A DNA stretch of 64,000 nucleotides from Lytechinus pictus (lineage: Eukaryota): the NCBI RefSeq assembly GCF_037042905.1, contig NC_087252.1, positions 13,704,001 to 13,768,000 of the forward strand, given 5' to 3'. The translations under genes and the position numbers were made by a program. Below the pieces are notes generated by a model. That model saw only the letters and a list, made by a program, of their open reading frames with translations. It searched no databases and had not been told where the DNA came from. Numbering within the stretch: position 1 is the stretch's first letter; the number at the start of each line of letters is the position of its first letter. Below, piece by piece: positions 23,331-36,899 of this stretch.

Positions 23331-25439
23331 CGAAAGGGAAGAAGCAGGATAGTTTTTAAAGATTGGTGCCTTATGGCTATGCCACATAGTTTTTCTGCAT
23401 CCCCCATTACTTAATGGGGAGGATTAAATGCTGAATGATGATTATCAGAATTCTAGCTGAAATTATGTGGCATATATTTAGTTTAAGTTCTTAGCCTACA
23501 TTCTTCACCTTGATCAACAACTGAAATGTTGGTATCTAAAATTTCCTCAGATCATTGCATAATAATTTGTAAGTGAGAAATGGCTGAGCAGAAACACCTT
23601 AACAACTTTTTTTTTGGGTGTAAATTGTTCATTTTTAAGATTATCTCAGATCATTGCATAGTAAGTAGTAATTGAAGTAGGGGAGAATAGAAATATTGCA
23701 AAGGTGGTATTCAATATATCCCATGTCTCCATTTGCTTGTATGTGGTTGCTGGAGGCATTTCTGTTCTTGTGGCCGTCCATTCTAATTTGTTTGTGTGTG
23801 CTAGTGGTAAGTTTTAAAAATGTAGTCACAGTGTAAAACTATTTATAGACATAGAAAGTTTGTAAAATAAATCTGAATACAACCACATCATTGTCATTAC
23901 AGGCTTTGATATGTCTTATTAAAATTATGTTTGAGGTAACAATTAACAACTTTATTCTACCCAACCTTGGCTATGGATCGTGCGATTGCAGCAAAAACCA
24001 TTGTTTGACAAGAGAAAATGACATTATCTGCAATATGGCATAGCTATAATTTATTTAATCAATTTATTTTTATCATGTCATATGAATTCATTATGCAGCT
24101 TTATGCATGAAATAGGATTCTGGCTGGGAATAATAAATAAACAGTGAGCAGATTGGGTTGAAGATTTAAAATGACTTGACAAAAGTGTACCGCACCATCT
24201 AGCAAGAACCCAAGGGCGTAGACTGGTTTGAGCATTGGGAGGTGCACATTCTGGGGAGGTGGAACTAAAGTGGTATGGGTGTGCACATCTTGGGGATGTG
24301 GAACTAAAGTTTGGAAAATCAGCTGTTGAAAGCAGAAGAAGGGGTACAAGTTTTGTTTTGCTTGACATTGTCGGAACACCTGCCTCAGCTGGACCCGCTC
24401 TGCACCCCCCCCCCATCCTATGCCCTTGGAATCCTGTAAGCTACAATGTATAAGGATGCTATGTGTTTCTTCATTGCAGCTTTCCTGCTTTCCCTGGTTT
24501 TTTTTTTTTTTTTGGGGGGGGGTAATTAAAAAAAAATGCTTGCAGGATATCTGCCAGAAAGATGCGGTTTTGATATTTGACAAGATCCCTTACAGGGTAA
24601 ATTGCCGATAACTCAGGACTCGACACCTGCTCCATCTACTCTCCGTTTGGTCTCATCCCATTTACCATTTGTGACCTGCCACGCCAATGCCAAAAATAAG
24701 TCGCCCAAAATGAAATTGCAAATTTTTATTGAAAAATCACACGCTAAGCTTTACAATGATATATATCTTGTCAAAATTGATAAACAATAACCCACACAAG
24801 TACTTGATGGAATGCTGAAGACATTCAGTGAGATATTTAAGAAATAATGAGAAAATAAAGTTTGGGGTTCAATCAAGCATGAGATGTGCATACTAAGACA
24901 CCTCCTAGTGGTCTGTAAAAAAACGAGTTTCAAAGAAACTCTTTTGTCTTGCCTTTCATTCAGTTATATAATTTCAAATTTTGACAGTTTTAAGACTAAT
25001 TATCATTCTTTAAGATAAGCTAAATTTCAAAATTTTACTTTTTGGAGACCATTGATTATTTTAACTTTATACAGAGAACCTGTCCTCGCATCCAATTGTT
25101 GGTTTTGTGTTGGCCAGTCACAGTTTATCTAATTCCCATTGAGGCTCATAAACTTGTAAGAGCAGCTACCCCATATGTCATGTACATGTAATATCTATGC
25201 ATACATGGATTCTTTTCTTATGGTTAATTTAGGATCAGATGCGAAAGGATTTGTCTGTCGATATTTAAAAGCAATTGAAAAAAACGTATTTTTTAAAGAA
25301 AATTACATATATAGTAATGCTACGGACATATGACGTCACAAATCAGCAAATCAAAGTGTTCATATATTTTTTAAATCCGATGAATTTTCCTCGAACTGTC
25401 ACATTATTTATTCATTTAAGCTTTTTGTTAGGGTGACTA

Positions 25440-26178
25440 AGGGGAAGTTAAACCTAGCTGACTAAAAGTTCATCGTAAAAATAGCAGAAAAAAATAAAAA
25501 GATAATGCCAAAAAGGTTTGAGAAAAATCCTTCAAAGAAAAAAAAGTTTTTAGAATATTAATTATTTGATTTGTGACACATGCGAGAAGCATTAATTCCT
25601 ACCGGCATACCGAATCATGAAAAATTAATGAAATGTCATTTTCTTAGAAAATTGAAAATGGTTTCTACTGTACCCTTTGTAAGTCAATAGACTAACATTC
25701 CACATCCGATCATGAATGTATCGAATTAAGTCATCAAGAACCATTAAAAACTGAAATTCATGCATTTGGTTTATGACGTCACAAATCTAAATCCAAAATC
25801 ATACCTATCTTTAATGGATTTTCTTCAAACTTTCACCATGATTTCACCACGATATATTTTATTATTGTTTTCATCTGCTACACTCTGAAAAATATTGGGT
25901 GAAAGTGCTCAATGAGGGTAATTATGTGTCAAACCAACATTGGGCATTTCTTTTGGGCATTTTTATGTATCTCGTGTGAAGAAAATTTTCCCCATTCTAA
26001 AGTAATTGCTAATTTTTTTTTTACTTTGCTGGACAATATGCTTCCCCAATTGCGACTGCCCAAAATAGGTTGGACACATACTGTAATTACCTCATGGAGC
26101 ACTTCTGCCCATTTATTTTTACCCAATATTATTTACAATGTATTTTTATAACAAAATTTTCTTCAGGGTGAACTTCCG
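25440..26178. mobile_element. Kolobok-like non-autonomous element with a nested TA-flanked CAC..GTG-type MITE (~25880-26141)
   Basis: Ends aggggaagttaaacct / agggtgaacttcc; the inner insert has TIRs cactctgaaaaatattgggt / acccaatattatttacaatg. Confidence 0.5.
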
Positions 26179-27574
26179 GCCCTTTCATCATCACTCCTTC
26201 ATATTCCGCACCCCGACTTTTCAGAGGTAAGATGGGAATGAAAGAAGTGCTTTTCATATACACTTTAATTTTCAGGGATTTGAATCAGCTGAGAATATAA
26301 TGACCAGCCATACACTGAATGTTCTAACTCTTTAAAGAGTTAAATTTGAAGCTATAAACCAATACGAAAATCACATAAAATGGAGAGAATGTAAAAAACA
26401 ATCGTGTGCAAAAGAAGACATTACAAAATAAAATGGCTTATCTTTACGAATCACTGATGCCAATTTCAGTCGATCATAAACATTTCCTGGTGGGGGGGGG
26501 GGGGGGCACTTCCATTGACGAGTGGATACCATGCGTTCCCAAAGAAACGCGTCAGTAAAAAGGATATTCAAGCACGTTACGTACGTAACGTAATAAGGGC
26601 GTCAAAAGCATAAAAATACTGTCAATGGATAATTCGCTAGGAAAGCTGAACGTGTTTAAGATCGATTTAATTGCGAGGGTATCGAAATACTAAAATGCTG
26701 GCCGGTATTTTGTCCGTATTGTCATGATTGTTTACTAAGTGAATTAGTACAGACAACTGAGAGAAAGGTTACCAAAATATGATGTCAATGCCCTGCACAG
26801 TAATGGGTAAATCTACCAAAATGTGTAATCACCAATAAGGGTGCCGTAACATAATTATGGCGCCGTTTGTTTCCAATTGATTGATTGATAACGAATTTTA
26901 TCATTCCAAAATTGTCAACAATTTAGGCTAAGTAAAGCCAAATATAATATAACGTTATGAAATGAAATAGAAACCTGATGAAAAGCAAAGCTTGTTATTG
27001 AAGGTTTTCTTCAATAAGTAAGACATATTAATGCAAAATACAATACTTGTGATAGGGTAGGTCCTGGATTTTACGCCAATATTTGGAAACTGTTAAGGGA
27101 TTCATTTTCAGAACATGGAAAATACTTGTGTTTTTCATGGACGATGGACGCCGCATTCGTTACTGGAAGTGGCCCCCTGCAAGACTTTTTCACAAACTTT
27201 TTGATCTTGATTTCCAACGTACCCTCGATCAACCACTGAATGTGTTTCGGGTTGTCATCGTCTCCCAACCAACCCAGTCAAATGTATTTCTGTACACATG
27301 CGTGACCAATTTTTTTCCAAACACCCCCTCAACGAGTTTTTTCGCTGTGTGCAGAATAACCCACTTAACAAGTCTTCGCGGGCTCCTTTGTGACTGTCGT
27401 TTGACTATTTTCCACCTCGATGATCCTAATATATGGAAATCATAATACGCATATAATGCTCTTCCAACTAATATGCATTGCACCAAGTATGGAGGTTTAC
27501 ACATCCCGGAATATTATATATATGCATGTCCCGAATGATACTTATGTACAACTACCTATATCATCCGCAACGTA

Positions 27575-27607
27575 TTACGCAAAAAACGCACTGGCCGGGA
27601 ATTCCCC
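27575..27607 (+). promoter_or_regulatory. C/EBP site and perfect NF-kB (Rel) site upstream of the Ig-death receptor gene
   Basis: TTACGCAA at 27575-27582 and palindromic GGGAATTCCC at 27597-27606, ~60 bp before the ATG at 27668. Confidence 0.6.
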
Positions 27608-27667
27608 GGATTTTGTCATTACCATTACATATAATGTCCCTGACATCATTGTTATCGCGTGACAAAA

Positions 27668-27743
27668 ATGGCTGCCGGAGTACTTCATTTGCTTCGAATA
27701 CCATGTATTGTGTGCATTGTATTGTATCTATGTTTGGAAGGAG
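27668..27743 (+). CDS. Ig-Ig-TM-death-death receptor, exon 1 (signal peptide)
   Basis: aaaATGg context; MAAGVLHLLRIPCIVCIVLYLCLEG is a hydrophobic leader; G|gtaagt phase-1 donor fits the phase-1 Ig exon at 42558. Confidence 0.75.
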
Positions 27744-28384
27744 GTAAGTAGATTGATGTATATGTAAGTACGAAGTATATGATCATCATATGTATGTGCG
27801 GCAATTAATGCATACTCCAATCAAGAGCGAGTGTCACACCCATTATATTATCAGCTATACTATTGCTTCAGGTACATAGTCCAAAGGACTCCAAGTTACT
27901 CTCATGATTATGACTTTATTAGGCCTAGTAGAAATATATAGGCAAAGCGTACTGGAAAGTTCAAGGTCCAATGCGAGATATATATATATATTTTTACATT
28001 GAATGTGTGTATGCATATCTACTAACATCCGCATCGAATCAACCATGGACCTATATAACCATGAACTATCCAATTGTGCTGTTCGAACGAAACTGAACCT
28101 CCTCGGTCCATGCCTACAGTAAGGACCGAGCTATAACGGTCATATGGGGTCATATTGCTTACCAGAGAGGATCGAGAACTGCACGGTATATTTAACTGTT
28201 TAATTCAACTCTATATAAATACGTAATTGTCGATTTGGAAAAGGAAACCATAATGCAAGGAATGTAAGGAAACCATAATGCATGTGGCTGAGTGCAAGAT
28301 GGTTTCATGTATTTATGTAGTTTCATTTAATTGCCATGGGCCTACATATAAATACATATAGGTTTGCGAATGAACTACTTTCTT

Positions 28385-28935
28385 AAAGGTAAAATCCACC
28401 CCATAAAATTTTGATTTGAATAATTAGAAAAAATCTAACAAGCATAACGCTGAAAATGTCGCCAAAATTGAATGTAAAATAAGAAAGTTATAGCATTTCC
28501 GATTTTTGCTTATTTTTTTACAATCAGTGATACAACTCAGTGACATGCAAATTAAACAGTCGATGTCCCTCACTCATTATTTCTTTTGTTTTTCATTGTT
28601 TGGATTATACAGTATTTCATATTTTACAGATTTAACAATAAGGACCAGCTTGACTGAACCATATAGTATTAAGCAAATTAATGCTAACTATGTTCAGGGA
28701 AGAATTTTTTTTTTCACTTACAAATGAGGAGAAAACTACAATATTCCATATAAAAATACAAAATAAATAGTAAGTGGATGACGTCATCACTTATCAGTCC
28801 CCTCATCTTCATACCGACCAGGATGTGCATATAACTGTTTTGGGAAATTAGTGAAAATTATACCATAACTTTCTTATTTCACATCGTATTTTGATGGAAA
28901 TTTCAATGTTATGCATGTTGGATTTAATTTTTTTT
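28385..28935. mobile_element. Kolobok-like non-autonomous repeat (right end degenerate)
   Basis: Starts TTAA-AGGT...; body resembles the other TTAA-AGG repeats at ~25440 and ~37570. Confidence 0.4.
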
Positions 28936-29094
28936 ACTGATCGATTTCGATCATTCAGATGCCCGCTACCGCGCACATAGCACCTCACTTTATGAATATA
29001 ATATATAGATATGGGAAGAGCAAGGACCTAAACATGGCGTGGGTGCTAGAGGATGCTAAGAAAGCAGGGAGATGTAGCCTCGTCTTTGTTTATA

Positions 29095-29422
29095 CAGGGT
29101 GTTTTTAAAAAAAGGTAGTCGAAGTTCAAAAGCCAGCAATATCACAAATACATGCATTATTCTTATGATTTCTATCGGACATAATTGGGTATAAAACTTA
29201 TATCAAAGTATAATTGGACACTTTGCGTCACAATAATTGTTCCTGGTCATAGAGTTGTGGTCTTTGGAAGGCGAAGGGTACAAAACCTACTTTTTCCAAG
29301 ATTTGGGGTTTTTATTTACATGCTCCATGAAACCAACTTAGTTGTATGTTTTTGGTTTCACCAGAGTACTTCCTTTAAATTTCCAGTGACTTTCGGTTAC
29401 CCTTTTTTCCCGAAAAACCCTG
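29095..29422. mobile_element. Tc1/mariner-type MITE
   Basis: TA-CAGGGTG...ACCCTG-TA ends with imperfect longer TIRs. Confidence 0.55.
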
Positions 29423-29984
29423 TATATATACAAGGTTTTTACTCTTAAGTAATTAAACTTTATTTCCAGTAAATTCTAGGTTTGCTATCACATGAATGAA
29501 ATTAAAGGTTTATTTTAATTGCTCTGTAATTTTTCACCCTTGGCGAGAAGTTTTAAACTCGTTTTGTCTTGTATGATAACAATATTAAAAAAATATATGT
29601 TGTTCATATACATATTATTCATTCATAATGAATTGGGGAGTTTGTTATTTATATGAACCTAGAATGGAAGTCGCCACAGAATTATGTTTGTACTATTTGG
29701 ATACATCCAACAATACTTAAAGGTTGCTAAAATAAGGATAATACGTCTTATGGATTCATACACTGCCGTACAGATGGGGGGGGGGGGAGGGTGTTGGGCC
29801 GCTGAACTCCCAAATTTTGACAAGACCAAGACCCCCCCCCCAATAAAAAAAGGAAAGAGCCCTTACGAAAATGTCGTGTGGTATATCTGTGTGGTACCCG
29901 GCTTTACCACACGAATTACCACATGAATGTAGGTTATTACCACATGAACATCTGTGGTAATTTTCCATATCCTTGTGTGGTAAC

Positions 29985-30865
29985 GTCAGCTGGTGGCTGT
30001 GGTAATTTGTTGTCTATGTGGTACTTCTGTGGTAAATCAAAATTACCACATGAATGCATGTTACCTCATATGCCATTGTGTGGTAATGTAAATTCAAATA
30101 TGTGGTATTTGTGTGGTATTGTTATATTTCTGTGGTAAATCAAAATTACCACATGAATGCATGTTACCTCATGATGCCATTGTGTGGTAATGTAAATTCA
30201 AATATGTGGTATTTGTGTGGTATTGTTATATTTCTGTGGTAAATCAAAATTACCACATGAATGCATGTTACCTCATGATGCCATTGTGTGGTAATGTAAA
30301 TTCAAATATGTGGTATGTGTGGTATTGTTATATTTCTGTGGTAAATCAAAATTACCACAGGAATGCATGTTACCTCATGATGCCATTGTGTGGTAATGTA
30401 AATTCAAATATGTGGTATTTGTGTATTGTATACTTCTGTGGTAAAACAAAATTACCACATGAATGCTTTACCTCATGATGCCATTGTGTGGTAACGTAAA
30501 TTCAAATATGTGGTATTTGTGTGGTATTTTTATACTGCTGTGGTAAATCAAAATTACCACATATGAAAGCATGTTTCCACATTAGCCCATTGTGTGGTAA
30601 TGTAAATTCAAATATGTATTTTTGTGGTGTTATGCTCTGCGGTAAATCAAACTTACCGCATGAATGCAATACCACATGATGCCATTCAGTGTGTCAATTC
30701 AAATATGTGGTATTTGTGTGGAATTATACTGCTGTGGTAAATCAAAATTACCACATGAAAGCATGTTATGTCATAGCCCATTGTGTAGTACTGTCAATTC
30801 AAATATGTGGTATTTGTGTGTTATTGCCCTAGCTTCTGTTGAAAATCAGAAATACCACACAAAAA
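29985..30865. repeat. ~121-bp tandem repeat (left subterminal array)
   Basis: About 7 copies of ctgtggtaaatcaaaattaccacatgaatgcatg...ccattgtgtggtaatgtaaattcaaatatgtggta. Confidence 0.9.
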
Positions 30866-30943
30866 AAGTTTTCACACCCATAACTTAGACCCCCCTCAGC
30901 TCACCCCCTATCAAAATTAAAAATTGATTCGCCGGAGGGGGGG

Positions 30944-32382
30944 CAGGGTGACCAGACGTCCCGTATTTCCCGGGATTGTCCCGTATTTTGCTTCTTTGTC
31001 CCGGCGTCCCGACAAACCCCTATTTGTCCCGTATTTCAGAATATTGAACAAAATATATTTAAAAGTGACGAATTTTCATTAAAATAACCAACAGATGACG
31101 AAGCAGAGACAACAATAAAATCGATAAATAAACTTTTGCAAGGTGATTTTCTTGCTAACCCAATCGAACTGGCCTCCTGCCTTTGTGTGACAGGCTAGTA
31201 CTAGCAAGGCATGTAGGATCGGAGCAGATTCTCTACACCAAACACAATGAAACATGCCAAAATAATCACAAAATCGGCGGGAAATTTGTATAATTATATT
31301 ATGGGTTCTCAGATTACTGATTTGGGGATGTATATCGGAGGAACAAGTTATTGAGTTTTCATAACTAGATCTAGTTGTTTCAACTTTCGTTTTGAGTCTT
31401 GTTCTATATAATGCCGCGATGTTTCATCTAATTTTTAAGTAAAAAAAGAATCACTTTGAAATTTTATTCATTTCTAAAACATTTTTTTAAAATATATTTT
31501 AAAAACACCAAATATCATTATGATTTTTGTTAGATGATTGGAATTTTTTGCTTGAAGTTTGAACTTTTCTATCCTTCTTTCTTCATCCTTCTATCCTTCC
31601 TGCTTGCCCGTTTTTGTTCCATCTATCTCTCTCTCCTATTTGCCTTTCCTGATCCTTTCTCTCTCTCTGTGTTCATTTTTTCCCTCCCTTTTTCTTACCC
31701 GTCTTCTTTATCAAATTTCCTTTTTTTATTTCCTCCATTCTTTCTTTCAACTTTTTTCTTCCCCTCCCTTCATCTCCTTTTTATTTTAATTCTTTCTCTT
31801 CTTCCATTATGTTTTCACTCCTTCCTCACTTCATTCTTCCTCCCTCTCTTTCTTTCATTCTTTATTTTATTTTTCCTTATAATTCTTTCCCTTATTATTT
31901 CTCTCCCTCCCTTAATTCCTTCCTTCCCTCCTCCCTTACTGTTTCCTTCTTTCTTTGTTTCTTTCTTTCAAAGAATGAAGAAAACATTTTTCTTTCCTTC
32001 ATTCTTTCTTTCCTCCTCCTTTTTCTTACTTTAATTTTTCTTTCTCTCCTTTATTTTGTCTTTCACACATGTATTCTTCTTCCATTTCTTTCTTTTTCTC
32101 TCTTTCTGTATTCAATTCAAAGAATGGCGGAAACTTTTTTTCTCTTTTTTATTCTAACTTTCTTTTATTCTTTTTTTATTTTTTCCTTCATTTTCCCCTT
32201 GATTTTTTTTCTTCTCTTTTCATCTCTTTTCTTTCGCCTTAAATTCTTTCTTTCCTTCATTCTTTCGTTCACCCTCCCTTCCAATTTTTTTAAGTTTTTT
32301 ACAGGTGTAACACTGTGTAGCCTTCTTTGTTGATCTTTTTTCGATTGTCCCTGATTTCATTTTGTGAAATCTGGTCACCCTG
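30944..32382. mobile_element. hAT (Blackjack-like) non-autonomous element with CT-rich interior
   Basis: Perfect 13-bp TIRs CAGGGTGACCAGA / TCTGGTCACCCTG, subterminal gtcccg repeats, inserted in a G-run. Confidence 0.7.
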
Positions 32383-34481
32383 GGGGGGGGGGGGGCCGGG
32401 GGGGCGGCGACAGGCTTGCGCATGCGCACTTACCGCCAACATTTGAAAAGAAATACCGTTTGCGTTGCGTTGCAGTTTATTGAGCTCGATCGAGAAGTGG
32501 GACGAAGAAGGCCGTTAATAATTCAACTACTTAAAGAATGCGGGTTAGATGTGGACGACTTCGAAGACATTTGCAGTAGGCTAAACAGTAAGTTAGATAA
32601 CCATTTTCTATGATTTTCTTTTCGTAGTTTGTTAAATGCCCCGGCTTGCAACTAGCTAAAGATTTCGTCAATGAAAATGACATGACACTGGCAATCCCAT
32701 CCTGTCTAACCGGGCGCTCGCCCGGCCCCGAGCGCCTGCTCGCTGCTGTGATGTGGACCACTGGCTGGTAGTCTCAAGTCTGCACACAGTCACAGCACAC
32801 CTAAACGATTTGAGTTTAGATTTAACGTGAATTTCCTGTTATTTTACAAAATCTTTCAATTGATGATGTTCCTTGTATTCTTATGAGTAAGTGTGCAAAA
32901 AGTCTCATTAAAAATTAAGAGAAATAATTGATTTTCTTGGGAAAATATCTCGGCCAGTCATGGTCATTTACTTGCATTTTGATTGAACAAAATTATTAAG
33001 TTAGTGGTACTGGTACGGTAGCCCGACAGCAGATCAGAATGACATGAGAAATTGAGAATGAACGTTAAGAATATTACTTAGAAATTAGCGGGAAAATTAT
33101 GTGGAACAATTCATTTTATGATAAAAATTTCTTGATAACTATCGGGAAACGGTATCATGTAAAAATGAAAGGCTACATCGGACCCGGGTCGCACCGCGGA
33201 CAATTCAGTTTAATAACATGCATTGTAGCGTATAGCATGCATGTCCAGCTCAGCTAGGCGCGCTGGCAACGCGGGCTAGTGTGGCTGCTCAGCTCAGGCT
33301 TGGCTGGCTGGCTAGCCGGCTGGAAGTGGAAATGCGCCAGTTTCTATGCATGGATATTTTTCCGGTCATCAATAAGAAGATCGTAGTTTGTTTGTTGCCG
33401 AAATGATTCTGAAACATCCTTTACTTTTGAGGATTGATGATGAATGATGCAACAATTATTTCCGATGACTTTTCCCCACTTTTTATGATTTTTTTTTGCC
33501 CGTGACGCATATAGAGCTTGTGGAATTTACGTGTGTCACATGCGACGCGTGTTCTACACTGGCGAGAACGTTGCTGGTAGGATGGGGGTCGGGTGTCCGG
33601 ACAGTTTTATCTTTTTGAAGCCTTCCTTTTATCTTTGGATTACACTAAAAATATGAATTCAATACTTGTTATCATCTTCTATTTTGTTCTTTATAATATT
33701 TCCTAATAATTTGTACTAAAAATTGATGGAACTTTGCTTTTTTTCCAAATGACTTTCTAAAATTGATCGTCCAGACACACAACCTGTCTGGACACACAAC
33801 AACTGGGTAATACTAATAGTGGCCGATGTCTGCGCACTTATTCACATGATGCGAAGATTTCGATAAGAAAGCACAGTCACAGAGGCTGCATTTTGAGGAC
33901 GTCACATGAAATGCCCTGGAAAGAATTCCATATGCAATTCCAATGTACCCCCCACCAACATGATAAAAAATAAGATTGTTGAGACTTAATTCCATTCCAG
34001 TTCGTTCACTTCAGATTTTTCTATAATTTTTTTACCCTTGTTTTGGCACCTTAGTTGGGACTTGAGATCACCTCGTTTTATTTGCGGTCAAGACCTGTTC
34101 CTGCTATGCTAGCAAGAAGTGCTGATGCCGGAAGGGGTATTTTAACGACTATCAGCCAATAGTTCGCCTAGACTTGACTCACAGACCCTTGAGTAAATAA
34201 ACCGATGTCTATGGACAATTACACACACTAGATACATCCATACATGCTCGAAATTTGACGGAATAAAGCCATATTTTAGTATGTATTTCCACTCCTAGTA
34301 CTATCCACTACCCCATCATATATGTTCTATATTGTGCTAGATATATTATTCTGAACCTTCTTCATGTTTTTATTTTCAATTTTAGTGGGGTTGCATATGG
34401 AACTCTTGCCAATGCCCTAAATTCATTATTTTCCAACCATTTTAAGTCAGATTTTTTATGAATAGATCTGTTTATGACATT

Positions 34482-34675
34482 CCAGGAGAAAGAGAGGGAG
34501 ACCCAAAACTACTTGTCCTGGCATCACATTTGAGGAGGAGATGAAGTCGGTGAATATGACCTAGCCCGGGGGAGTTTCCAGAAGACGGCCCAGAACCACT
34601 GGCCGCCAGGAGTGGAGGTCCTTTGTTGTTGCTCTACATGTCAGGAGGCATCGGGCAGTAGGTAAGACTAAGTAC
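34482..34675 (+). mobile_element. 3' fragment of an RTE-clade LINE
   Basis: Decayed RKRGRPKTT...FEEEMKSVNMT...AQN...EWRSFVVAL followed by a taag-type tail. Confidence 0.55.
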
Positions 34676-36088
34676 AGTAGGCTCTTTCAGGTGTAAAGTT
34701 TATTTTTTGTTTGGAGTCGTTGCGTATCTTCCATTATCAGAATCGCGCAGATTCGGATGTGCGCAATCTTAGGGCACCTTATCTGTCAATGGTCCTAACT
34801 GTACTTAGAGGACTCTGTGATGATATTTTTATCATTTTTACATTGTACAAGGGGTATTTTCATTCACGGAGCTAGACAAGTCTCTGTTGCCTGTAGAACT
34901 TGGTACACAAAGATGGATTTCCCTTTAAAAATCCACCTTTCCCACAATAATTTTGGGCAAACATTTGATTTTTCCAATTTGTAAGCCTTTTGTTATCTAA
35001 ATATACAAAATTAAGGCTTAAGAAATGTTACTTTTAAGCAGGTAAACATTTCGAAGGATCACTTGCTTGCAATTCCCAAGCTATATAACACAATGACATG
35101 ACCTTTAAGTCGAGAGACGTCCATATGCAAGAAAATACAGAGGGAATTGGTGCAAATGCATAGCTGATTGTGCTAGTACTAGATTCCTGGCTGACGTGTA
35201 TCGGTTTGGACGTTCTAATGACAAGTTTAGAGTGTAATTTGGCGCTAATAGAGTTTCACAACGGTTGGCATGATTTCTTGGCATGATTGAGGTTAACATT
35301 TTATTTTTTTTCCTCTCTTTTGCAGCCCTGGTAGAAGCACCATCTTGATACCATCATTCAAACTCTCATCAGCTGTATCATTATAGGTGGACTAAAAGAA
35401 CAATATTAATGCAGATATAATGGTGTGTACAAATTTATCCTTTGTGGAAGGTATTTTTTATAATTATTGTGTTATTTTGATTATTTACATGTGCATGAAC
35501 ATGAGATGCAGTTAAATAATTTTGATTTTGTAACCACTCTGATACAAAGCTTGTCTAATAATTAATGCCCTTACAAGGTTCATGCTGTTGTCAATTCAAA
35601 CGTATTAGATAGGCATAAGTGAAACATCAACATCTGACATGCATTTATTATCACATCAGAATTGATCTTCGTTATGTGAAATTGGCAACTTGTAATTTCT
35701 TATTCAAACTGATGGAATTATCCCATAACCATTTAAAACACATTTAAAAAAAGCATGAATTAAAATCATGTTTAATTAAAATAAATATTTTTTTTTTACT
35801 TTAAAATGTCCTTCCCTATACAGAGATGGTTTGGAGGTGCAGCAGATCTTGAGGGCATCAAGCCCCCCTCCCCCGACCTGACTTTACATGTTAATATTTG
35901 AAGTATAAATATGGAACAAACCCCACATTGTTTTTTAATCATTTTTTAAAAAGTTTGGAAATTGATATTGAAACCATGTAGTTTTTAATGAATATTAAAT
36001 AGTTAATGCAGGAAAGGCTTTTATGTTCATCTTCTTCTGTTATTTATTGCAGATGCCTTAAGTTGAAATGGAAGGTGTCCTGAATCTG

Positions 36089-36888
36089 TAGGGACAGTGA
36101 TTTTCCGCGATCGCGGAAAACGGACGGAATTCACGGAAAGGGTGTTTTGAAACGGAAAGTGTCATTTCAAACGGAAAATCACGGAAAACGCATTTTCCCT
36201 CAAAATACACAGAATAGCAACAGAAATTACTCCAAAATCACAACAAAATGAGAATATTAAATGGCCACAAAACACCAGAAAACACGATCTCACTTCGCTA
36301 CTTTCATGACAATTCACACATCGTGACTGCACTCGACATCAGCACACTTGATTGTACCCCGCACCGTACCCGTACCCTGCCGGCGCCGGGTTGGGCTTCA
36401 CATGCACACACATATCGTTCAACTACACGGTTGTGTGTTGCTGCCCTCTACGTTTGAAGATGTAACAGCACGATATCGTGGTCTTAAAATCCAAGATGGC
36501 GGATTGGCAAAAGCCGTTGACTGATGATAACGATGTCCAAAAAACCCCAAAATTATCGATGAAATATCATCTACCGTGAAATAATGCTAATAATGTGAAA
36601 GGTGAGGATGTATGCATGCTAAATGGGGTTGGAAAAATATTTTATGCACCCGCATAGATCCGATTAGAACGGATTCTATTGTGTTGTTGGTACAGTAGCA
36701 GATACAAATTTTGACCAGTGCGAGTGTTGTGATTTTGCTATTCAATGTGTAAACGGAATTGTCACTTTTCCGTGTGTACAAAGTCTATGGGGGAAACGGA
36801 ATTTCCGTTTTCTGACATGCTGAAACGGAATTTGAGATTTTCTGAAACGGAAAAGGCAATTTTTTTAAACGGAAAATCACTGTCCCTA
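36089..36888. mobile_element. TAGGG-ended DNA transposon (hAT-like) with 6-bp TSD
   Basis: Perfect 19-bp TIR TAGGGACAGTGATTTTCCG; AATCTG duplicated at 36083-36088 and 36889-36894; repeated subterminal ACGGAA motifs. Confidence 0.85.
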
Positions 36889-36899
36889 AATCTGCACCC

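Noticed and set aside
29985..30865. CRISPR-like repeat-spacer array
   Set aside because: Units repeat in full with no unique spacers, there are no cas genes, and the context is eukaryotic; explained as transposon subterminal repeats.
31534..32333. Long Phe/Leu/Ser-rich 'membrane protein' ORFs
   Set aside because: Artefacts of a CT-rich low-complexity tract inside a hAT-like element.
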